Below, piece after piece: positions 17,972 through 25,738 of a stretch of DNA of 42,540 nt; the stretch's first letter is position 1; every line of letters starts with the position of its first letter. The position numbers and the translations under genes are program-made. The stretch is from Acidobacteriota bacterium. GTDB lineage: Bacteria; Acidobacteriota; Blastocatellia; Pyrinomonadales; Pyrinomonadaceae. The notes under the pieces are model-generated. The model ran no database searches and was not told the origin of the DNA. It was given only the letters and a program-made list of their open reading frames with translations. Where the stretch lies: assembly GCA_031362825.1 (NCBI GenBank), contig JANLTF010000534.1:1-42540 (forward strand), written 5' to 3'.

Positions 17972-18742
17972 CTAAAAAACGCTCGTCACACGAACATTTC
18001 CACTTGCCGGATTCTGATCCAGCAGTACATCGACGCCGAAAACATTACTAACGTTTTCGGCCGTCAAAACTTCTTCGGGCGTGCCCTTGGCGGCGATGCG
18101 GCCGTCTTTGAGCATGATTATCTCGTCGGCGAACGCGGCCGCGAGATTGAGGTCGTGGGTAATAACGATCGCCGAACAGCGGCATTCTTCGCATCGTTTT
18201 CGCACCAGTCGAAACATCATCGCCTGATGAGCAATATCGAGATTCGCGGTCGGTTCGTCAAGCAACAAAATACTCGCCCCGGCCGCAAGTGCTCTTGCCA
18301 GCACGACCCTTTGCCGCTCGCCGCCGGAAAGCTCATTCATCAACCGAGTTCAGTAGTCGCCGAGATCACAATCCACGAGGGCAAGCCCAGCAAACTCAAT
18401 ATCTGCCTCCGTTTCCCAGCCAAACGCACCGCCATGAACGAATCGACCGGACAACACAAACTCTAAAACCGTTATCGGAAACCGCGTCTGGTTCTCCTGA
18501 GCAACGACCGCGATCTTTACCGCGATCTCACGGCGTGACATCTGCATCAGTTGTTTTCCGTCGAGTGATACATCACCCGACGACACGGGCAGAGTTCCGT
18601 TCAAAGCCTTTATCAACGTCGTCTTCCCCGCCCCGTTTGCACCAAGCAAAGCAATGATCTCGCCCTCGCGAAGTTCAAACGACACATCGCCAAGCACCAT
18701 CCGCTCGCCGTAACTGACCGAAATATTCTGAGCTCTAAGCAT
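17972..18742 (-). pseudogene. BtuD/FecE-like ABC importer ATPase interrupted by one in-frame TGA
   Basis: The two track ORFs (18350-18742 and 17972-18343) are in the same frame. The sequence reads ...LVDCDLGDY-TGA(18352-18350)-TRLMNELSGGERQRV..., with Walker A GANGAGKT upstream and signature LSGGERQ plus Walker B ILLLDEP downstream. Confidence 0.8.
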
Positions 18743-18750
18743 TTATTTTT

Positions 18751-18821
18751 GCCGCAGATTTCCGCAGATGACCCAGATATGAAAATAATTCCTGATCCGC
18801 GTCATCCACGAAAATCTGCGG
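18751..18821. repeat. REP/MITE-like palindromic element (CCGCAGAT / GCGGAT word family) between permease and ATPase genes
   Basis: GCCGCAGATTT...AAATCTGCGGC are perfect 11-nt terminal inverted repeats, with inner CGCAGATGAC / GTCATCC partial pairing. It abuts the permease stop codon (18822-18824). Confidence 0.75.
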
Positions 18822-19772
18822 CTAATTTCTTCTTAATAGGTAAATAAACAAGGGGGCACCTATCAATGCCGTGACCGCCCCAACCGGTAATTCTCTTGGG
18901 GCAATCGCCGTCCGTGCTATCGTGTCGGCAAATACCACAAATATCGCCCCGACGATCGCTGAGAACGGCACAACCAGACGGTTGTCGCTGCCGACCGTGA
19001 GTCGCACCAAATGCGGCACGATCAGTCCGACGTAACCAACCGAACCGCTCGCCGCGACTGCGGCTCCAACAACCAGGCTCGCCGCTCCAAAAACCAGCAT
19101 CCGGACACGACCGACCTCGACCCCAAAATCGAAGGCGTCACGCTCGCCGACCATCATTAGATTTAGTGCCCGAGCCTGCGACATCAGCACGATAGTGCCG
19201 ATGATCACTGCCCCGAGGCTGATGTAAACTCCATTCAGCGTCGCCTGCGACAGGTCCCCAAGCAGCCAGAATGTAAAACTTCGAAGCTTCGCTGCATCGA
19301 GCAGCGTCGTCAGCATCACTATTATCGAAGATAGAAACGTCGTCACGATCACGCCCGACAGCACCAGCCGCTCGACATTCATCCCGGCACGGCTTTTCGC
19401 CATCCGATAGACTGCGATAGTCGCAAGCCCCGCTCCCGCAAACGCAAGAAGCGGCCGCGTGATCTCAAGGCTCTGAAAAAACACAAACGCGACCATCGTC
19501 CCCAAAGCCGCACCATTCGAAACGCCCAGCAAATAAGGCTCGGCCAACGGATTCCTTAGCAAGGATTGCAATCCCGCTCCAGCAACCGCCAAACTCGCCC
19601 CGACACAAGCCCCCAACAAGATTCTCGGCAGCCGAATGTCGTAAAGTATCGACCGCTGCTGCTCCGATAGATCAAACAAAGGCAACCGCTCCGCCCCAAG
19701 CATCGCCGCCGCTACAAGAACGACAATCAACAGCGCGAGCAGACTCGCTCCGATAATAAACGCTCGTCTCAC
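18822..19772 (-). CDS. FecCD/BtuC-family ABC permease
   Basis: 316 aa and highly hydrophobic, with LPRILLGACVGASLAVAGAGLQSLLRNPLAEPYLLGVSNGAALG typical of FecCD permeases. The GTG start overlaps the upstream stop (GTGA). Confidence 0.9.
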   Translation of the reverse strand: MRRAFIIGASLLALLIVVLVAAAMLGAERLPLFDLSEQQRSILYDIRLPRILLGACVGASLAVAGAGLQSLLRNPLAEPYLLGVSNGAALGTMVAFVFFQSLEITRPLLAFAGAGLATIAVYRMAKSRAGMNVERLVLSGVIVTTFLSSIIVMLTTLLDAAKLRSFTFWLLGDLSQATLNGVYISLGAVIIGTIVLMSQARALNLMMVGERDAFDFGVEVGRVRMLVFGAASLVVGAAVAASGSVGYVGLIVPHLVRLTVGSDNRLVVPFSAIVGAIFVVFADTIARTAIAPRELPVGAVTALIGAPLFIYLLRRN

Positions 19773-20743
19773 TTAAATTTCTCAGGATGCAAGTCTTTCG
19801 CGATCTGCTCCAACGCATCAACGAGTCGAGGTCCCGGCCGCGATAGAAAATCGGCGCTTACCTTATATACACGTCCGTTTTTCACCGCCGGCGAATTCTC
19901 AAAAGCGTCGTTCGGTTCTTTGTTATCCTCCGATTCCGAAAGAATGATTACTTCTGGATTCAACGCCGAAGCGGTTTCTTTGCTTAACTTTGGATAGGCA
20001 GACTCGACATCGTTGGTGACTGACCTTCCGCCCGCAGTTTCCAATAAATCGTTCAGGAATGCCGTCTTGCCAACCGTAAATAGCGGTTCCTTTGAAATTT
20101 GGACAAAAGCTCGCACGATACCGACTTTCTTGTCGTACGATTCATCTTTTTCGTCTTCGGCACGAAAGGTGTTACATATCGTTCGCACGGCCTTCACTCG
20201 ATTCTTAAGGTTGCTTACTAATTCAGTTGCCGTATGGTCAGTGCCGAAGATAATTCCGAGTTCCTCGAGGTTTCTAATGACTCCATCAAGCGTTTTCGGA
20301 TTGCTCACATACACTGCAATCCCATTCGCCTCAAGCGCTTTTGTAAAATTCTCGATCTGCGATGCGGTCGAAACGAAAACAATGTCGGGTTTTAGGGCGA
20401 TGATCGATTCCATATTTGGTGTCATCGTGTCGCCGATTTTGGCTATTTCTTTGGCTTGTTCGGGGTAATTGCAGAATGTCGTGACGCCGACCAGGCGATC
20501 TCCGGCACCGACTGCAAAGATGCTTTCGGTCAGATTTGGGGCAAGCGAGATGACACGGGTGACCGTTATGGGAACGGTTACTCTACGATCAAGATCGTCA
20601 GTCACGATACGCATTGGTCGTACCGATTCGGCGGCCATGTTCGAATTCACATTCGCGGCACTGCGACACGCTGAAAACGAGGAGACGAAGAGCAGAGCTA
20701 TAATTACTCTATTCACAAAATTTACGGGCAATCTCAAAACCAT
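19769..20743 (-). CDS. BtuF-like periplasmic cobalamin/siderophore-binding lipoprotein
   Basis: It has a lipoprotein-like signal (LLFVSSFSAC) and RVISLAPNLTESIFAVGAGDRLVGVTTFCNYPEQAKEIAKIGD...IIALKPDIVFV, typical of class III (helical backbone) binding proteins. Confidence 0.85.
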   Translation of the reverse strand: MVLRLPVNFVNRVIIALLFVSSFSACRSAANVNSNMAAESVRPMRIVTDDLDRRVTVPITVTRVISLAPNLTESIFAVGAGDRLVGVTTFCNYPEQAKEIAKIGDTMTPNMESIIALKPDIVFVSTASQIENFTKALEANGIAVYVSNPKTLDGVIRNLEELGIIFGTDHTATELVSNLKNRVKAVRTICNTFRAEDEKDESYDKKVGIVRAFVQISKEPLFTVGKTAFLNDLLETAGGRSVTNDVESAYPKLSKETASALNPEVIILSESEDNKEPNDAFENSPAVKNGRVYKVSADFLSRPGPRLVDALEQIAKDLHPEKFK

Positions 20744-20899
20744 AACCTAAAATCAAAAATCGCAACCCCAAAAGCGAAAAACACCCTGCTTTCCGCGTCG
20801 ATACATATCGAAGTCGAAAAACAAGGCGTTCCAAAAACTAAGTTGAAATACTATGTCTGCCGGCGATGTTTTGACGCGAAACATCTGTCTGGGCAATAA

Positions 20900-21002
20900 C
20901 ATTCGAGGCAGGCGTTCTGACTATGACAGTGACGCGATCGTGCGGGATTTCCACCCGTCTTTCCCTGTTAGGCCGAATCTTGAAAAGTCGGCACCTCAAA
21001 GC
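20900..21002 (-). promoter_or_regulatory. Cobalamin riboswitch aptamer (compact form)
   Basis: The minus strand reads UUGAGG-UGCCGACUUUUCAAGAUUCGGC-CUAACAGGGAAAGACGGGUGGAAAUCCCGCACGAUCGCGUCACUGUCAU-AGUCAGAACGCCUGCC-UCGA. It has the conserved AGGGAA, GGUGGAAAUCCC and CACUGU elements and a B12 box (20907-20922). P1 can form as UUGAGG/CCUCGA. It sits upstream of the btuF-like gene. Confidence 0.75.
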
Positions 21003-21073
21003 TATAAATTAGCAAAGATCAAGTTGCAGATTATTGCCTTTCCGCAAATTAATGTCAATCAGTAAGGCGTTTC

Positions 21074-21182
21074 AACGCAAAGACGCAAAGATGCAAAGAT
21101 GCAAAGATGCAAAGATAGAGAAAAATGAGCCGAAAAAGCCGTGTTTTTCCCTGGCGTCTTCCCATCTTTGCGTCCTTCCGTT
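21074..21182. repeat. Palindromic element with 5 tandem 8-mers (GCAAAGAY)
   Basis: GCAAAGAC followed by GCAAAGAT x4 (21077-21116). The left arm AACGCAAAGACGCAAAGATG pairs with the right arm CATCTTTGCGTCCTTCCGTT (18 of 20). Confidence 0.85.
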
Positions 21183-21235
21183 AAGACTTCCCTTTCGGTT
21201 CGGACATCAATCTCAAAATCCAAGCAACTTTTATC

Positions 21236-21263
21236 TTGATTTGGGATACGAAAGGCTTATAAT
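21236..21263 (+). promoter_or_regulatory. Sigma-70-type promoter TTGATT-N16-TATAAT
   Basis: The -35 is at 21236-21241 and a perfect -10 is at 21258-21263. It lies about 40 nt upstream of ATG 21301, which has AGGAG at 21286-21290. Confidence 0.55.
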
Positions 21264-21300
21264 CGCTGTGACCGCCTCGATTATCAGGAGTTTTCTGAAC

Positions 21301-24300
21301 ATGACGAATGTGCTTCGTGCCGCTGCGTTTTGCGTTGTATTGCTGACGACCTTGTCCGTATTTTTGCTGCACACCTCGGCGGCAAAAGAGGACATGGTCG
21401 CGAAACTTTTGCTCCTACCCGCGCCGCCGCCGCCAAATCCTCTGGTGAAACCGGTCCGCGATCGCGGCACGGATTTTTATAATAAGAGTAAAGTTCCTGC
21501 TGACAACGCATCAACAGAAGACCTCCTCGAATACTGGAAGAATCAGAGCGAAACGTATCAAAGACTTCGGTACATGCCCGAGCCATCCGTCGCTTCGCTG
21601 GCTCGAATTAAGAAAGAGATCGATCGAGACCCTAAAAAACTCCTCGAATATCTGAATCTGTTTATTAAAGACAAAGACGGCCCGGAATACGTAAAGGATA
21701 TCTACGACGCACAGGGCACGACCGGCTCTTTCGATAAAGATCAGCGTGCGACAATAAAGAACTGGCTGACGTACAACAGCCCATATTTCTCCAGCGACTT
21801 GCTTCGCGGGGCCCAGGACGTAAATGACGCTGACAATTACGTGACCAATCAGGAAGACCTGCTTGCTCTCGCGAAGTTCGATTTTGACAAAGCAAAACCC
21901 TTGATCGACCGGCTTCTTGCTGACTCCGGTTCCCGCGTTTCGCATGCTCTGGCGAAATGGGCTCTTTACAAACGCGCCATCGAGACCGATTCGCTCGGCG
22001 ATATCGAGCGTTACCGCGACGAGCTAAAAGCGATCGTCGAAGACAAAAATAATCCTGACGGAATGCGCGACCTCGCGATGGACGCACTTTCGAGCGAAAA
22101 GGAATGGTCGGGCCGCGACGAATGGTACTACGGCCTGCTGGCAGATCCAACACTGGTTGGAATGCAGCGTTTTACGGGGCTGACGACGCTGCCGTTGATG
22201 TCGCCGGACGAGAAATATATCGAAAAAATGATCGAGCTGCTAAAAAGCGGAAATCCGGTCGTCCGCGGTGCTGCGATCCGTAATCTGACGCTGCGGATCG
22301 ACAGCGGGAATATCGAGATCGTCCGCGCCCTTTTGCCGTGGCTCGAAGACCCAAAATGGGCTGTGGATAGCAGCAATGTTCGTGAACAGCTCTTGTACAA
22401 ACTCGCCGAGATCGAGATGCCGGAGTCTGTTCCCGGGTTGATCCAAATGCTTAACGAGCAAGTTACGCGTCCGGGTACTTCGGCTAATGCCGTTGCCAAC
22501 ACGATGAAGCCAGCGACGAACGTTCGAGCCTCGAACACGGCTTCAAATGTCGCGTCCACCAGCGTAACTGACGAGTATATTGCTCCTGCGATGCGAGGTG
22601 CTGCGGTTCGGGCGTTGGCGAAACAGAAGGACGGCCGTGCTGTTCCCGCGCTTCGAAGAATTCTACCTGAAGGTGAGGACTACGAAAAATCGCAGGTCAT
22701 CGGTGCGATCCTGGCGTGCGGCGGATTTACTATCTCCGAGCAGATGGACGCGCTCGAATCAGCGGCCAAAGGCGTTCGTGAAGAGATGGACACAGCCGAA
22801 AATCCCGAGGCGGCGAATACGATGGCAAACACGTATTCCGAGACAGCAAATTACAACTACAATGCTCCGCCCCGTGCCAACAAACCATTCACGGCTGCGG
22901 AAATAAAGGCTCAGCTCGCTATCCAACTGCTCGCCGCAACCGAGATCTCAAACGACCTCGCCGGTGCCCTCGTCAACCGTATCGAAGGCCTAGACAAAAC
23001 AAATCCGCGTCTCTCGGCCGCCTTCCGCAAGATGATCCTGCGTTGGCAAAACAATGTCATAAACGCCCTGATGCTTCGCGATGTTAAGAATGATACCGCC
23101 AATGTTGACAGCGTGGTGAGGCTTCTCAGCCAGAGAAAAAGCTTGCGCGAAAACCAGGCGGCAGAGGTCGTCGATGCTGGAAATGGTTCGCCTTCGGGCA
23201 AAGGCATTGCGGCCTGTCTTCTTGACGAAGAGGCTGCGTACGCCGCAATTCTCGATTCCGACGATGCCGCGGCAAAGGCCGCGATGTTCGCGTGTGCCCG
23301 AATGATCCGCGGCGTTCTGCCGATCGCAAAGGTCGCGGAAACTTTGAACACGACCGACAAACGCCTTATCACCGCCGCTGAACGTTATCTCGAAAGCGAA
23401 GACTCGCCCGAGGCTCGAGCTCTCGTGCTCGCTCGCCATCCGAATGAGGCCCGAATTACAGGTGCCAGTTCCGCATTCTACGTCGATGGCGCAGGCGATA
23501 CCTACAGCGAATACCTTTATCTTCTCTACGCGAGCATCGGCGACCCTTCGCTCTACAACGGCTGGGGCGGCGGCGAAGATTCCACTATCAAAGCGATCGA
23601 AAAGCGGCTACAGGATGAGGTAAAGAAAACGCCCGGCCTGTTGGGCGTCTATTATTACGATGTTCATTACATCCGCATCTACAGCGACCGTGTTGTTTTC
23701 AGTTGGGATGAGGACGAAAACCGTTACCGCGAACGCACTCTTACGGAATACGAATTCAATGAACTGAAGGCCTATCTGACCGACAATAACGTAGATTCGC
23801 TCAAGCCTTTTCTCGGCTGCGGCGGCGAATACTGTGTTTCAAAAGAACTCCTGATGCTCGGCAAAAATGGCGGCCGCCGCGTTTTTGTCAGCGGCGAAGG
23901 CTATGATTTCTTTGTCGGCCTCGACAAATATTTTGCACGACTAAAAGAGCCGCAGGCCGTCGTCAAATACGCGATGAGCCGCGAAATTCCGGGCCTCGAA
24001 CTCGTTCTCGCCGATGACGACAAACACGTCGATACGGTCTGGAAAGAGGGTTCCGATCTGTTGGTTGTCGTCAGCGACATGGAGATCAGAAAGAAGGTTG
24101 ACGAAGAGATCGAAAAAGCCGTCGGCGGCGAGGAAGGCGCTCCAACCGAAGAGGCGACGAACGAATATGAGCTTCGCGAGAAGCTAAAGGCTAAACGCGA
24201 ATGGGAAGGCTACTCGTGGCACACGGTATCGGGCGGAATACTCGGCGGCTCGGTCGCTCAGCCGCCAACCGCCGAATACATTCCGCCGACCGACGGTCTC

Positions 24301-24990
24301 GCCGTCCCGCCCGATCCCGATCGTTGGAAGGCAAAGGCCGGAGCGGTTGAGATCAGGACATCGCCCGAAGGGCTTTTCAAGGTAGTTAACGGCCGCATCT
24401 CGAAGATCCGCGACGGTATTTATCTAAATCCGTTTATGACGCCGGCCGGTCGCTGGTTGCTCGTGAACAAATCCACCGAGGAAAGCGGCGACTCGCTAAT
24501 GCGCGTCGATCTGCTGACGAACAAAGAGTATCGCGTTGCGGTCGAAGGTTACGGCCGCCCTGCTCCGAGAGCCTTTATCCCGATGCTAAATAAGGTTCTT
24601 ATAGCCTATCAGAGCGAATACGAAGACTACCTTTACGATTCAAATGAAGATCGGCGAATGGCCGACACTGATCAAGAATCGATGTTACTGATCGATCCCG
24701 CGACGGGCGCGATGCAGCCGCTAAAGGGCGAATTCAGGCCGCTCTCGCAGCAATCGTTCCGTCCGCTCCAGAAGACAACGCTGCCGAATGAGTATTGGGC
24801 AGCGATCATCGACGCTGAAAAAGGCAACACACAGGTCGGCACTTACGATGCAAAACTGTTTACATTCAAACCGCTATTGACGCTCCCGAAGATCGCGTTC
24901 AACAGCATGGATATGTTCGTAGACGAAGCCGCGAAGAAGGTCTATTTCGTCTATCGCGGGCATCTGCTGGCGGTGCCGTTGCCGAAATGA
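21301..24990 (+). CDS. Large (1229 aa) signal-anchored HEAT-repeat protein of unknown function
   Basis: The start is supported by AGGAG-N10-ATG and the promoter above. The N-terminal anchor is VLRAAAFCVVLLTTLSVFLL, and HEAT-like units are present (NPVVRGAAIRNL, AMRGAAVRALAKQKDGRAVPALRRIL). The C-terminal third looks beta-rich. Confidence 0.8.
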   Translation: MTNVLRAAAFCVVLLTTLSVFLLHTSAAKEDMVAKLLLLPAPPPPNPLVKPVRDRGTDFYNKSKVPADNASTEDLLEYWKNQSETYQRLRYMPEPSVASLARIKKEIDRDPKKLLEYLNLFIKDKDGPEYVKDIYDAQGTTGSFDKDQRATIKNWLTYNSPYFSSDLLRGAQDVNDADNYVTNQEDLLALAKFDFDKAKPLIDRLLADSGSRVSHALAKWALYKRAIETDSLGDIERYRDELKAIVEDKNNPDGMRDLAMDALSSEKEWSGRDEWYYGLLADPTLVGMQRFTGLTTLPLMSPDEKYIEKMIELLKSGNPVVRGAAIRNLTLRIDSGNIEIVRALLPWLEDPKWAVDSSNVREQLLYKLAEIEMPESVPGLIQMLNEQVTRPGTSANAVANTMKPATNVRASNTASNVASTSVTDEYIAPAMRGAAVRALAKQKDGRAVPALRRILPEGEDYEKSQVIGAILACGGFTISEQMDALESAAKGVREEMDTAENPEAANTMANTYSETANYNYNAPPRANKPFTAAEIKAQLAIQLLAATEISNDLAGALVNRIEGLDKTNPRLSAAFRKMILRWQNNVINALMLRDVKNDTANVDSVVRLLSQRKSLRENQAAEVVDAGNGSPSGKGIAACLLDEEAAYAAILDSDDAAAKAAMFACARMIRGVLPIAKVAETLNTTDKRLITAAERYLESEDSPEARALVLARHPNEARITGASSAFYVDGAGDTYSEYLYLLYASIGDPSLYNGWGGGEDSTIKAIEKRLQDEVKKTPGLLGVYYYDVHYIRIYSDRVVFSWDEDENRYRERTLTEYEFNELKAYLTDNNVDSLKPFLGCGGEYCVSKELLMLGKNGGRRVFVSGEGYDFFVGLDKYFARLKEPQAVVKYAMSREIPGLELVLADDDKHVDTVWKEGSDLLVVVSDMEIRKKVDEEIEKAVGGEEGAPTEEATNEYELREKLKAKREWEGYSWHTVSGGILGGSVAQPPTAEYIPPTDGLAVPPDPDRWKAKAGAVEIRTSPEGLFKVVNGRISKIRDGIYLNPFMTPAGRWLLVNKSTEESGDSLMRVDLLTNKEYRVAVEGYGRPAPRAFIPMLNKVLIAYQSEYEDYLYDSNEDRRMADTDQESMLLIDPATGAMQPLKGEFRPLSQQSFRPLQKTTLPNEYWAAIIDAEKGNTQVGTYDAKLFTFKPLLTLPKIAFNSMDMFVDEAAKKVYFVYRGHLLAVPLPK

Positions 24991-24995
24991 GCCTT

Positions 24996-25090
24996 GCGTT
25001 TGGTAACGCCAAAAAACCGTTTGGTAACCGCGAAAAGTACCGTTGGTAACGTGAAAAAGCGGCTTGGTTACGCACAAAACGTGGTTGATG
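24996..25090 (+). repeat. Four to five direct repeats with ~21-bp period, core CGTTTGGTAAC
   Basis: CGTTTGGTAAC occurs at 24997 and 25018, CGTTGGTAAC at 25041 and GCTTGGTTAC at 25062, with a degenerate CGTGGTTGAT at 25080. Each is followed by an A-rich half (GCCAAAAAAC, CGCGAAAAGTAC, GTGAAAAAGCGG, GCACAAAAC). Confidence 0.8.
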
Positions 25091-25168
25091 CCGTTCCTTT
25101 TTTTGTAAAACTGAATCCAGAAACCGTGTCCATCTTGGGCCTATTTCGAAGCCATAGCCGAAGCCATC

Positions 25169-25196
25169 TTGACGGCCATTATTTAGGTTGTAGAGT
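25169..25196 (+). promoter_or_regulatory. Candidate rpsU promoter TTGACG-N16-TAGAGT
   Basis: Hexamers are at 25169-25174 and 25191-25196. This would give a ~160-nt leader before rpsU. Confidence 0.35.
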
Positions 25197-25360
25197 CGCC
25201 GGATGGCGGAATGCAAATTTTGGGTATTTCGCATTGAACGGCAGTCGTAAGTTTGCCGGTCAAAGCTGTGTTCGAACGTTTGCGTTCTTGGCTCAAAAGT
25301 TGTTTAATTATGGTTTGCTCAAAAGAGCATGATCTTAGCCGAAAGGAGGTGAGAAAATAA

Positions 25361-25618
25361 ATGGCATTTATATCCGTTAATAATAACGAATCGATCGAAT
25401 CAGCACTGCGTCGCTTTAAGCGCAAAGTGATCAGCGAGGAGATCATCAAGGATCTGAAAAAGCATTCTCACTTTATTCCGCCCGGCCAAAAGGCGAAATT
25501 GAAATCGGCAAACGCGCGCAAGCGTAACCGCCGCAGGTTTCGTCAGCAGCGTCCGATGGGTGGCGGCACAGGCACAGGCCCCGGAGCATCGCGTCCGCCA
25601 ATGGGACAGAATCGATAG
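25361..25618 (+). CDS. rpsU: 30S ribosomal protein S21 (with Gly/Pro-rich C-terminal extension)
   Basis: ESIESALRRFKRKV...KKHSHFIPPGQKAKLKSANARKR is the S21 pattern, and GGAGGTG lies upstream. Confidence 0.9.
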   Translation: MAFISVNNNESIESALRRFKRKVISEEIIKDLKKHSHFIPPGQKAKLKSANARKRNRRRFRQQRPMGGGTGTGPGASRPPMGQNR

Positions 25619-25621
25619 AAT

Positions 25622-25736
25622 GTGAAAAAGTGAAAAAGTGGAAGAGTGAAAAAGTAATGAAGCTTTATCACTCTTCCGCTTTTTCAATTTTAACCTCTTA
25701 ACTTTTTCACTTTTATACTCTTTACCTTTTTCACTT
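25622..25736. repeat. Long imperfect palindrome built from 8-nt words (GTGAAAAA / complement CTTTTTCA)
   Basis: The left half is GTGAAAAA GTGAAAAA GTGGAAGA GTGAAAAA GTAATGAA. The right half contains ACTCTTCC GCTTTTTC ... CTTTTTCA ... CTTTTTCA. The central stem is GGAAGAGTGA/TCACTCTTCC. It fills the whole rpsU-surE spacer. Confidence 0.85.
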
Positions 25737-25738
25737 TG

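Noticed and set aside
17545-17975. ORFs 17545-17925(+), 17760-17975(+), 17765-17962(-) and 17635-17817(-)
   Set aside because: They run through the two perfect hairpins and the receptor leader. They mirror each other on both strands, as expected for palindromic DNA rather than coding sequence.
18350-18352. In-frame TGA as selenocysteine or an alternative genetic code
   Set aside because: Other genes in the window clearly terminate at TGA. The position is a variable linker before the ABC signature motif, where no Sec or Cys is expected. I saw no SECIS-like hairpin immediately downstream.
20853-21065. 70-aa plus-strand ORF
   Set aside because: It lies antisense across the cobalamin riboswitch aptamer and its leader. 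It has no RBS and no recognisable motif.
21034-21300. N-terminal extension of the giant ORF (track start 21034)
   Set aside because: The extension is a translation of the GCAAAGAY tandem 8-mers and their palindromic partner (KDAKMQRCKDAKIEK...). A consensus promoter (21236-21263) and AGGAG-N10-ATG support 21301 as the real start.
24996-25090. Possible small CRISPR array
   Set aside because: The repeats have only a ~10-11-nt core with ~10-12-nt spacers, there are just 4-5 units, the A-rich spacers are similar to each other, and there are no cas genes.
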